DNA of 51,625 nucleotides from Trichosphaerium sp. ATCC 40318. Taxonomy: Eukaryota > Protista > Tubulinea. Position 1 is the first letter of the stretch; the number at the start of each line of letters is the position of its first letter. Both the position numbers and the translations under genes were made by a program. Positions 38,385-50,232 of the stretch are shown here, in pieces. A model generated the notes under the pieces. That model had not been told where the DNA came from. It saw nothing but the letters and a program-made list of their open reading frames with translations, and ran no database searches. Where the stretch lies: NCBI GenBank assembly GCA_038496445.1, contig JALMLS010000029.1, positions 1 through 51,625 on the forward strand, read 5' to 3'.

Positions 38385-40695
38385 ATGGATTTGTTTTATT
38401 TCTGCTCTGTGTTGTTGATTTTCGTGTTGGCTACGACGAGCGGTAACACAAGTACGAGTAGCTCTTCAATGATAATACGAGTAATTTTTACGATTTAGTC
38501 GTAACTTCAACTGAACACGTTTGTGGCAATAATCTTGATTGTTATCTGCAACAAGGACCTACAGAGCTTATTCTCAACTCGACAGACTTAGTTTTTAACA
38601 ATGCCGTATTTACTAGCGTTGATATTTACGGTAAGGAAATTACTTCTCACATCTTTAAGTGAGTTTTAGGTTTGTATGATGTAAATGTTTCATGTAGCAA
38701 TGGAAATTGGTATCCCACGAACTCTGACAATATCACTATCTCGTTATCAGGGTTCACAGTTAGAGATTGCTATTTCGGCATTAGTAATTTTGCGCATGTT
38801 TCAATTACGTACTTGAAGTTAGAGTCAACATACAAACAATGTTAACACTCGCCTTAGAAATATGACATTCGTTGGATACAATACAGGCCTAATATTTGGT
38901 AGCTGGTAACACTTTAACAGGATGGTAAGGATAGCTAACGACTAGTATAATAGTGCCAATGTGACTCTACAAAATGTGATGTTTAGAGATATTGTTACTT
39001 ATCGATATGATAAAATTCTGGAAATTACAAATTCACAAACAGCAACACATATTGAAAATTGTGTTTTTTCGCACAATACTCACAACGACACATCTGCAAC
39101 TTGTACATCCAAGGAACAACTATTATCTATTTTTTAGTAACATCATATAGTTTTTCAAGTAATTAATATTATTGCAGCTCCAAGGGTACTTGAGCGTTGT
39201 GTTTCAAGTCTCATTTTTTGAGTAGGTTGTAATCACCTCTTGTTTGATGGAGGATAATGATGTATTTAATGGTGGACTTTTGTACTTAAGTACAACTGAA
39301 GCAGAAATAACAAACTCTACTTTTATTAGAAACAAAGTTACCATACCATCTGATAGTGGATGCAAAGGTACTATTTGAATGTCAGGTCATGAGTAATAAT
39401 TACTCTTTCGAATAGATTCTCTCCGTATTTTTGGTAAACAGTTGCTTGTGGACTCTTGTGTGTTTGAGAATAATACTTGCCTGTAAGTATTCTCTATTCT
39501 TGGTTTTTTATTAACAATACTCGGTAGAACAAATACTTCAGCAGTTCTAAGTTATCCCTCATTTTCTAGTCGTAATTCCAATATTACAATAAGGTGATTA
39601 ACACTAAAGAATTTATTTATTTATACAGGGCTTACCTCGTTATAGAAATACAAGATTTTCTGCCGCAGGTGATGATGGTACCATAAGAATAGATACTTGT
39701 AAATAGTTTTAATCCACAACTAGCAATCGCAGGCACTGTGTTTTCTTGTGATGATGTACCAACTAATTTCACGTGTGGACTTGGTAAGTGCTATATTAGT
39801 ACATCCTTCGATGACTGCAACACAAACGGTACCACCAAAAGCTAATTTGGCAGTATTTAATTTTATCAAATAGTTACATGTGAGAACGACAAGTACTGTG
39901 GTACGATATTTGTACAAGGCTTCAATTTTCTTTTGTATTTTCTCCTAATGTACAACCTACAGTTTTACCAACTGTGTCTCCAACTACAAACACACCTACG
40001 ACTATACCTACTACAAGCGTAGCTCTGCCAAATCAAACTGTGTTATCTAGTCCTTTTACAATAGGTGGAGACTTCATTCACTCAGGAACGGCTACAATTG
40101 TACCAGGAGGCTTTCTTCTGGTTGAAGGTAACATTTGATTGTTCATGATCCTTGATTTGTCTTATTAAGTGTAGGATCGATTGTGATACCACCAAATACA
40201 ACATTCATCATTGATTACACTCTTTATAATAAAATAACAATCGGTGACACACGTGAAGAAGTGATGAGAAGTAACAATGGCACAATAACCGGTGATGTTA
40301 CTCTCGTTCCGCCACAGGCAAAACAATGTGTAACAGCAAGGCTTGATCGGACTTTTTCATCGTATGTCTCTCTTTTGAGTGAAATGATCTAACTATCCTT
40401 GATTTTAGGATATTTGTAATTGCTTCGAAACCTGACTCTTGTGGCAACAGAACAGAATCAGTGAATGTTGGATTGGTGTTAGGTATTACTTTTGGTGTTC
40501 TCGCATTGGTATGTCACTATTTTTGAATCGCTGTAGTTCAACTAGTCTATCTCAACTCTGACTTTGAACACTAATTACGATGGTAGATGATTATTGGTCT
40601 CCTTGTGATTTTCTTTGTACGAAAGTTGAGGCATGCAGTTGTACCATACTCATTACGAAGAACAATAGCACGAGATTAATCCTATTGAAGAGTAA
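38385..40695 (+). CDS. Surface-protein family copy 7 (inverted; closest to copy 6)
   Basis: Starts MDLFYFCSVLLIFVLATTSGNT; includes VTSTEHVCGNNLDCYLQQGPTELILNST and IVIPPNTTFIIDYTLYN; ends INPIEE* with stop at 40693-40695. Confidence 0.85.
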
Positions 40696-41196
40696 TTGTA
40701 TTTACTATCATTAAACACCATATCATATTGCCTTTTTCTTCATTGATTTGAAATAGATCTGCCACATTTGACGTTATTAGGACCAATCCATGATATTGGC
40801 ATTTTTTCTATGTGTTGGTAAAACTAGCAATATGCTTATTGGTGAGCGCAGCACGTGCACACATGGGACAACATGGCGTTATTTCTACTGTTGTGTGCTA
40901 TGGAGAGGCGAGCCAGTTAACAGTTTTTGCTTTTGTAGTCTAAAATTAGTAGCTCCTCTGTACATTCTTATACATTCAGAGAATACATTTGTGTATTTCG
41001 TCAAAGTTCAAATTAATATTTCGTGTAAATACTTGGAAAGAATGTGCCCTTTTACACTGCAGTGTGTTATTTATACTGTGAACACCGTTGACTAGCTACT
41101 TTTTCGACATCATAAAGTAACGCGCCTTGAGTAAGCTGTGCTTAATCAAAATAAACCAAACAATCAAACAACACCACATAATAACATAATAAAGCC

Positions 41197-41847
41197 ATGG
41201 AAAACGAATACATACCTAACGAGATCATCGAAGGCGTATTATTCCTTGGAAGCAGGCATTGTACGCTTTATTTAGATCAAAAGCGTAATTAAGCATCTCA
41301 CGGCATTTTAGCACGCGCAGACAAGGCACAGCTTGAATCTTTGAACATTGGGTTTGTTTTAGACATAAGTGCGCTTCCAGGTCTCGCAAAACACCCTCCA
41401 ATAGAATACCTTGAGTTATCTATACTAGACAGGTACTTATACACGATAAAAACAATATGGTGACTAAAAAACACAAAAGAAAAGAAACTCCAATAATAGA
41501 AACTTATACTTCCGTTTTGGATAAAATTGCTAAAGTTAGAGCAGAAAAAAAAGCCACACTAGTTCATTGCAACCATGGCGTATCACGTGCGTTATTATTA
41601 AAGTCTTTTATTTTGTTATAGCTAATCGTTAATAGGATCCTCGGCTTTTGTAATGTTCTACCTTATTGCCATAGAAAGGATGACATTGTATCATGCTTTC
41701 AAGCATGTTAAAGAAAGGCGTAGAGTTGCACTTCCAAATGTTGGCTTTCTAAAACAACTCATTGAAGTTGAGACTAAAGAGTTAGGATCATCAACACTCA
41801 CTATTGGTAAGTATGGTCAAATTTTGTGGAACAAGCCAAAAGAGTAA
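41197..41847 (+). CDS. Atypical dual-specificity protein phosphatase
   Basis: MENEYIPNEIIEGVLFLGS...; catalytic VHCNHGVSRS split by an intron; AFKHVKERRRVALPNVGFLKQL. Confidence 0.92.
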
Positions 41848-42202
41848 AGTCAATACTGTGAGATGGACGTGCGCCTTTTGACAGTTTTTTTTCTACTTGC
41901 TACAGTATTGTACAATAACCGCAACCATCTAATTGTAATGTACTTCGAATATACGATAATATTTTGCCTACCAAGTTTGGAAAATGTCTTTGACGCACTT
42001 TTGTCTTTTGTCTTTGGACAATTAGCAGAAACGCGCTTTTATTTCAATGGAGGCTTTGGCCAGAGCAAGATCATCAATGTAGGCTGTTTCGAAGTGATCC
42101 TTAAAAGTATTGACAGACAATATATATTGCTTGTTTCAAAGGAGTTAAAAATAGGCATTTAGGTCAAACAGCGTCAAACAACACAATTGCTTGACCCACA
42201 CT

Positions 42203-43111
42203 ATGTCTGAAGCAGGCGGACATCTTCTATCAACTCAATGCTTACCGGCAGAGATACTGACCGATATTCTACTTTATTTGAACAGAAAACAGCGTATATC
42301 ATCTTCTATAGTCTCTCGGCGTTTTAACGACATAATACGCGGTAATATCGGCTTTGGATGTATAAAATTGAAGCGAGCGCAAGTAGCATCGGATTGTCGC
42401 GTTCTCAAAGGCAGTCCGTTGCTTAAAAATACTGAAATCAACTGCGCTGGTTATATTGTAACTGATAGCGACTTGGCTTGCCTTTGTGGCGTACATACAA
42501 TAAATCTAGACGCTATGCGAAACACAGATAAAGTGATGGTGTCATTGCTTCAAGACGGTAACCACTCTATTCATAAGATAATGCTTAGTGGCGCAGATAT
42601 ATCAGATGTTACATTAAAGTCACTACGAAGCGTTCATACGATTCGTTTATGTTGTTGTAAGAAAATAACTGATGTCGGCTTGAAAGAGCTAAAAGATGTA
42701 CACACAATAGACATTGAGGGCTGTGATCGCATCACAGTTAGAGGTATAGCAGCACTCAAAGGTGTACATAATATTACCCTGATGAGAGCAAAAGATTCAT
42801 GGCTTAAACACCTTGCAAATGTCCATACAGTTCACATAAGCGGAGATATAACAAATGAAAGAATCTCCGACTTGAAAAATGTCAAGAAGCTTATACTTTG
42901 TAAGTGCGACAAAATTACAGATGAAGGTATGAAGAAACTAGTTAACCTTGAAGAATTACATGTATCACATTATATGCGTATTACGGATGAATGTTTGAAG
43001 CATATGAAGTCACTCAAGGTTGTTGAGATTGGTGAGTATTGTAAGATAACATGTGAAGGCATTGAGTCTTTGGGTATTACATGTATAGAACGTCCAGTTG
43101 AATGGAGGTAG
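42203..43111 (+). CDS. F-box / leucine-rich-repeat protein, intronless paralog of 30036-30926
   Basis: CLPAEILTDILLYLNRK F-box; shares LKGSPLLKNT and KDSWLKHL with the first copy; ATG at 42203. Confidence 0.92.
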   Translation: MSEAGGHLLSTQCLPAEILTDILLYLNRKQRISSSIVSRRFNDIIRGNIGFGCIKLKRAQVASDCRVLKGSPLLKNTEINCAGYIVTDSDLACLCGVHTINLDAMRNTDKVMVSLLQDGNHSIHKIMLSGADISDVTLKSLRSVHTIRLCCCKKITDVGLKELKDVHTIDIEGCDRITVRGIAALKGVHNITLMRAKDSWLKHLANVHTVHISGDITNERISDLKNVKKLILCKCDKITDEGMKKLVNLEELHVSHYMRITDECLKHMKSLKVVEIGEYCKITCEGIESLGITCIERPVEWR

Positions 43112-44239
43112 ACATTATCACGTGACAGAACACAACATAGCTAGTTTGTTTTAGTTGATGTAACGAATAAATATGTTAAAAGTAGTTGAGCCTCGCATGC
43201 TTTAGTTGTAACAAGAATACCAAAAGATTTTACTAAAATGTATTGCCAGGCAATACTGGGGTTGACGTCAAATAATCTTTCTGCCTTACAGCATATAAAA
43301 ATATGAGTCACCTACCTCACAATCACATGACACTTTCAATGTTTTTTCACATATTGGATTGTGCACTACTCTTAGCGAATCGGTGGTGTTTGGAGCCCTT
43401 TTTGTGTACCAGGTTTACCCAAAATGGCTTTTTAACCCATTGTGTTGAATTGTGCTACTATTGCATCAGCAATATACCAAACACCTTTGAGAGAAGGGCA
43501 GACCTGATAGAACAAAGTAAGACATGTTACTAAGTCCTATAAAAATAGATGTAAAGTTGCCGATATTTCAGAAGATCAAGTGAGTAATTAGATTGGACTG
43601 AATGATCCAAACAGTTTTATGAGTACCGCTAGCCATAGCAGTAAATGCGAAAGTCAATATAGAGTTCATTTAGATATCCTCTCATACAGCCTACCTCAGC
43701 TTTAGAAAGCTCAAACCGAGCTAAACATCTGCAAACTGTACATCATAAATGTACAGGACTCTACCTTATAAACAAACGAGGACGCAGGAAACAAAAGGAG
43801 AGAGTTTCGTTTTCCTAATGTACCAACAACTCCACAAGCCAAAACAGAATTAATCGTTTGGTAGCACGTTTTGCAAACCAAAACATTGCTGAAACTGTTC
43901 TCACGCAGAATGTGCATTATCCAAACGAGTGTATTTTTAACATAGGTTTAGAAGATTACAGATTTTTGTTGCTGAGTATCTTAGCCGTCGGTTAACCGGC
44001 TACAGGTTTCGTGGCCTGCGTAGCTGGGACCCTTACCTGACCACCTCTAATTGTGTCACACTCATTACGAAGAACCACAATTAAAAAGATTACTTGTTAA
44101 AAAGAAACTGTAACTTAATGTTGTAAGCCCAGATTCAATACAGGTTCTCATATTCGTAGCGATATCTCTCGCTATAATATTGGCTTAACAAAATGCTTTA
44201 GTATCTCAAACGAGTACACTTCTGAAAAACTTCCACAAC

Positions 44240-44790
44240 AAAACACCGAGTACCAAGACTATATCCTATTGAACGCGACAGCAATATCGAGAATAAAAAC
44301 AATATTAGGATGGCATTAAACTTGAAAAAGCACTTATCGATTTGAGTATTGGAGCAACGAAACTTATGCTTCCTAAATTCTGTGTCAAAACCTTGTTGTT
44401 TTAGGGCGTGATTAAGAACCCAGTATTCGACTGAGTCTTATGTCTTGGAGAAATCTATGTAAATTGCGAAGATATATTTGTTGTTTGCTTCGGCCTTTTC
44501 AATGACATGGCGGTATGTTCTTTGGCCATGGTTATGTTACGTTCTTGGTAGAAACTGTATTGTATGTTGGTCATTATTTTATGTTTTTTAATTATCTCAG
44601 TCAGACGTTTGTTTATCATTTGAGTTTCTATCTTGTACATAGAGTTGAGGAGAGCTGTAGGTCTATAGTAAAAGGTTAAGTTTTTTGCCTTTTTTTGTTG
44701 GAGGAAAATGAGGTACTTTTGAGACCTCATTGGAGGTTCAAACGGAGTTTCCACAAGGTGGCTCTATCCACAGCCGAGCTCTTCGCCACT
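44240..44790 (-). mobile_element. LINE reverse-transcriptase pseudogene fragment
   Basis: YRPTALLNSMYKI...INKRL...QYSF, then after a frameshift IFAIYIDFSKT*DSVEYWVL; these are conserved non-LTR RT motifs. Confidence 0.85.
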
Positions 44791-45123
44791 TACCAAACTT
44801 TCTCGTAAATTCCATTGGTAGTTTATTTGTTACGTGGGTTTGAAAAAACGGTTGTGTTCGCAAAAAATTACCACATGCCAGTGCTTCACATTTAAAATGT
44901 GATATTTTCGAGTTCTGTCAGCAGTGTCAGATCCGTCAAATCCCTCAGATTGTCTAAATAGACAATACAAACACTCACATTACTTTGCAATCTCTACAGT
45001 ATCAATCTAAACACGTTGATCTAGAATTGACAAAAACTCACAAAAACTTGCAAAAAGTTACTTAGCTTAACTTGAATGCATGGACAATAATCGATTGGGA
45101 CGATGAGTATTTTACTGTTAGTT

Positions 45124-47543
45124 TCAAACAGAAGATATTTCTACTTCCTTGGTTGTTAAAGTATAAGGGAAAATGGCTCGTCTCAACTTAGGTACAAAGA
45201 AAGCAATAATCAGACCTACAGCAATCTACCATACAAATTTAGTTTGAGAAAAATAAACGAAAACAAGAAAAAGAAATGTCTTCACATACGAACACAAGAA
45301 TGCCAAATGTGACACCTAATACCAAACCAACATTTACTGATGCTCTGCTATCACAACTATCAGCTCTTGATGTGATCACAATTATGCTAGCAAAAGTTAG
45401 AGATCAGTGCAAAAATAAAAAGCATACGATGAAAGAGTCCGCTCAATTCTTGCCAATACACATTCTGGTGAAAGAACTGTAAAAGTACCATTGATACAGT
45501 TGCTGTTGCTTCGTATTACTTCTCTTCTTGTCTCACCAACACCTGTTGTGTTATTATCATTTGTGAAGTCAATGATGAACGTTGTATTTGATGGTATCAC
45601 AATACATCCTTAACATCGGATTAACCAATAAACGTGTGCTAAATAACTTGTGACACAAGACATACCTTCAACTTGAAGAAAGCCTCCTGGAGTGATTGTT
45701 GCTATCTCTGAGTTTACAAAGTCACCAACTATTATCAAAGGGCTAGACAACACTATTTCAGGTGGCAGACTACCAACTGTTGGTGCGGCTGTAGGTGATA
45801 CAGTTGTCGGTTCGAATGTTGGTGCAGTTGTAGGCGATATTGTGGTTGGTGATATTGTTGGAGGAATGAAAGTTTTGCCTTCGCAAGTAACTATTCAACA
45901 CTGTAAGAGAGCAAATACAAATAATTTATACCATTAGCTTGACAATCTGCAAAATGTGTGGTGATATCAGAGTAGCTGCAGCCACATGTAAGATTTGTTG
46001 GTGTTGAAGGACAATCAAAAACGCTTCCAGTATCTATTTGATAAATTAGTACAATACAATTGCTTGTCCATTACTATTGTTGAGGCTGTTTTCAAACGTT
46101 GTTGTATTTCTAAACACGACATTTAGTATTCTTACTGTGTTGGAAATAACATATTAGTTAGTGTACCTGATTGTAATGTCCATGGAAGACCCGATCAATG
46201 CTGGGGATATTGTAGTTGTTAAAGTATTTTGTACTTGTTTTCTAGAAGTCGGAATCAGTTATTTCAGTTGACTATTAAATTTAGGCAGAACGTTACACGC
46301 ATGTAATATTCTCAAATACACAAGAATCTATCACCGCTGATCCACTGCTTGTTAGACCACTCAATACCAATGATCCAACTATTACAGGTGATTAATATGG
46401 CGCTTGGATAGAACACGTGTACCAGTACATCTGTCATTGATTGGTCTTTCTTCTTCCACAGTATTATCAATAAAAGTTGAGTTCAATATCTGTACATCAA
46501 TTGAATTTGCGTATAGTACTGAGACATAGTAATCAGAGTTTGCTATATACAAATGAGAATATATGAGGACTGATATCTGCATACCAGAACCACTTGCAAG
46601 TACGTAATTGTCCTTGAACACGCAAGAGTTGATTGTAACCTAAATAAATGCATGTGTAAATATTTAGCCTATTATACAAAGTCACAAATTACTCTATCAA
46701 CAGCTCTGAATGTAGCAACAATTCCTATGTTTAAATAGTTATGATCAAACAAAATAAGGGAATCAAATATTACCTCTCCCTGTCATTCTATTGAGAAGAA
46801 CTCCTCCTTTAAAATTATGTTGAAAATGACAATTACTCACAGAAACTGTTTCGACTGTTTCTATCCATAATCCCAAAGGCTCGGCAAATCTTCCTCTCTC
46901 ATCGAACAGTTCATGGAAAAGTGAATTGCGAACAGCAACATTTTGACTATTTCTCATTAATTGTGGCAAAATCGAAATAAATCACGTGTACCTGTCAAAT
47001 ATTTGAATATAACTCTCTGTGCCTGTAACTACCATATTCCTACACAATAGTCAATTGATCAATAAACTAGACTTGTAATGTGAATGTACTCTACAGTGAC
47101 ATTTGCAAAGTCATTCAATCTGATTTTACAACCATCAAACGTAAATCCTGATAATGAGATGCAAATGTTATTATTCCCGTTCACCGTCTTCTGTTGGATT
47201 GAGCACGAAACATTTATGCCTTTATTTAACGCTAAATAATTTGTTACAGAACCTTTCAAAAGCGTCAACATACCATAAATGTCTAAACTTTCGGAAAGTA
47301 TAACTTGAAACGTGCCAGGAAAATTTAATCCAGTAGAATTGAGAATAAGCGTGGTTGGTCCTTCGTTCAAGTAGCACCCCATATCAGTGCCACAAACGTG
47401 GTCACTTGAAGTTACGACTAAGATGTTTGGCAAATTAATAAAACGTCATATCGCGCTGAATAGGTATTCGTACTTGTGTTACCGTGGGTAGGTGTGGCAA
47501 GAGCAAAAAACAAAAAGGCAGTACAGAAATAACGCAAAGTCAT
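45124..47543 (-). CDS. Surface-protein family copy 8
   Basis: Starts MTLRYFCTAFLFFALATPTHGNT; colinear with copies 1 and 2; ends KEVEISSV* with stop at 45124-45126. Confidence 0.85.
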
Positions 47544-48541
47544 TTACTATACCAGGAATAAGCATTATTGGGCGTAATGAAGCGTTTTTTAGAAGGTAAA
47601 TTTCGTTTTTAAAACGCACGTGATGCTTTCCAAAACTATTATCAAAATTACAATGTGTAACATGTTCTCATTAGTTTTTGTCGAACCTCTCATTTGCTTT
47701 TAACTGCCCACAGAGTCTTTATCAATCATTTTGACGCGATATATTTAGCGGATAAATTATACCACGCTTTTGTGTACCAAAAGTAAAGTATTTGAACGTG
47801 AACAATCCGTACGTCAAAAGAACGTCACTGGTTGAAAATTACAGATATCAAACAATAAAATGTGAGCTTATTTGAACTGGGAAACAGTTAGCCAAATTTC
47901 GTAAGCATTCCAAACAAGCTTACCAGCTTTAAAACGTACTGTTAAATGACGACATACAGTGTGAAAGCGTAAAATTATGTTGTAGGCGTGAAATAAATTA
48001 TTTACTGAAAAAGTGTTGCCTTAAAAGGAAAGTATCAGCATATGCTCCTTGAGCACTTGGTCATGATGCCTCAGTCTCGCCAACCGTATAAAAAGCTCCG
48101 TTTATATGGGAACAGAAGTTACATACATTGTACAACAGTTTTAGGCTGAAAAAGTAGATTGCTATCTAAAAATCAAGCAACAATGCTCTAGACGCCGTTG
48201 CTTGCGCGTAAAGAATGTTTATGTAGGTGTCTACAAAACGCTGTTTAAAACAAAACGGCAATAAAAAGGTAAAACTCACTAGGTTCCCTCAATTATATTC
48301 TACCACACATATTTAAACCCTATTCTTTATGTTACAGCTATTCGTTGTTTGGACCGCATTCGTCTTAGCCTTTAATGTGTGTTTTTTCGAAAAAATTCCA
48401 CGTGTAGAAAACTCATGTGCTGTAACAAAAAGAGGTCATGCACATAACCAAGCATGCTTGTACTTAAATAGCCAAAAATGATCATTGGTTTTTTTTTAAA
48501 TCACGTGGGTTACTTTCAAGCTTATTCAATAGTAAACTAAA

Positions 48542-49921
48542 ATGTTACGGACTATACAGCGTCTAAGGCCACACAAAACCACTACTAGATGTTATTGTTC
48601 TATGTACGAAGCCACAGAAGGGTTCAATGTGGATAGTAACAGGTTCCAAGCGAAATTTCTGAACAACTCTAAATCGGTTAAAAAAATATAGATACGAGCG
48701 TGGAAGGCCTTCTTATCGGCAAGATGTAGTTGATAGCGTTATTAAAACGCTTTCACTTGACAATACCAAGACGGTTATTGAAATAGGCGCTGGAACGGGC
48801 ATTTTCACACGTTCGTTGGGTAACTAAGGTATGGAACTCTAAATCGCTATTAACGGGTTTTTAAGTTCCTTCGAACGCTAAAATAATCGCTGTTGAGCCT
48901 GTAGAAGGTACCTTACCAAGGATCCATTAATACTAATTAATAATAGCTATGAGAACTCACCTAAAGAAGTCGATACCAGGTATCAGTTTCTTTTCGTACA
49001 TGTGATTTTTGTTAAACTTCGTGCAGATATTGACGTACACAATGGTAGAGGAGATAGCATACCTGTAGAAGATGGAGTTGCGGATGGTATTGTAATAGCA
49101 CAAGCATTTCACTGGTACTATTTGAGCTGGCTATCGCCTTCCAACAGAATTTAGGATGGCAACGAATGACACACTTAAAGAACTGTCACGAGTTCTAAAG
49201 CCCAAAGGTAAAGTAACAAATAACAATAGCATCACTGACAATAATGTAATAGGCAAGGTGGTATTGGTTTGGAATGCAATGGACCAATTATTTCCATGGG
49301 TTAGCATGGTTTTCCGGTTAATTTATTAATGATAACTTGAAATAGGTTAAAGAATTATGTGATTTATTGCTTCCTTATAGAGGTGATACCCCTCAATACT
49401 GGTACATGTTTTATGAATAGTATTTCATGTTAAAAATCATAAATCACGTGTTTTTCTATCATCCAAGAGTTTTAGTACAAAAAATCCTCAAAAACTTAAG
49501 GGGGACGTCCCTTACGCTACTCTTCCTTTGTGTTGCTCACTTTTTAAGGCTCGGTTGGTGGAAGAAATGTTTTGATTCTCAAGATATGTTTTCAATGCCA
49601 TTGAAACACGAACTTTTTAAAGGTGTAAAACAACAAGCCAGCTCGGTATCAGGTGCATTTAAAATATACTTAACCCAAAAAAAAAAAAGTAATGTTTGGA
49701 GTGTTTAGTGATTGAGGATCGTATACTTAGCATCAGTTATATGTCTAAGCTTGAAAGAGAAGTGCAAGAAGAAGTTAGATCAAAAGTAAGACAAATAACA
49801 AATGAGAGAAACGAGAACAAAGATGGATTGGTTAGCAATTTTAATGTTTTGGTTTTAATTAAGCTCGTTCTAGTACATTCCATACTACACTGACGTGTTT
49901 GCTACTTCAAAATTACAGTAG
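48542..49921 (+). CDS. Class I SAM-dependent methyltransferase (Methyltransf_11-like), multi-exon
   Basis: Exons YERGRPSY, VIEIGAGTGIFTRSL, IAVEP, VIAQAFHW, LKELSRVLKP and LVWN; probable end YIPYYTDVFATSKLQ*; the basic N-terminus resembles a mitochondrial transit peptide. Confidence 0.88.
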
Positions 49922-50232
49922 AAAATACAAAAAGCATAGAACGTTGATGTGACTCAAACAAATAAACTTGTTATGGCTACACTTAAGAACGCCGCTTGCA
50001 GTACCATTTTTACGCAGTTTGACTTTAGGTCCATTTCACCACACTCACAATTTCTCTTTGCCTATCAACCGAATCAGTGCCTTTGTGATAACATATCAGA
50101 TGTTCCTGTCATGGCTTTGTGTCAGTGTTACACGATAAGGTTTTTGTAAATTCAAAAACAAGTAGCTAATTCGGAAATACTTTCATGAACCATTTACATC
50201 TTTTTAACTCCTGAAATGTTGATGTGTTTTTA

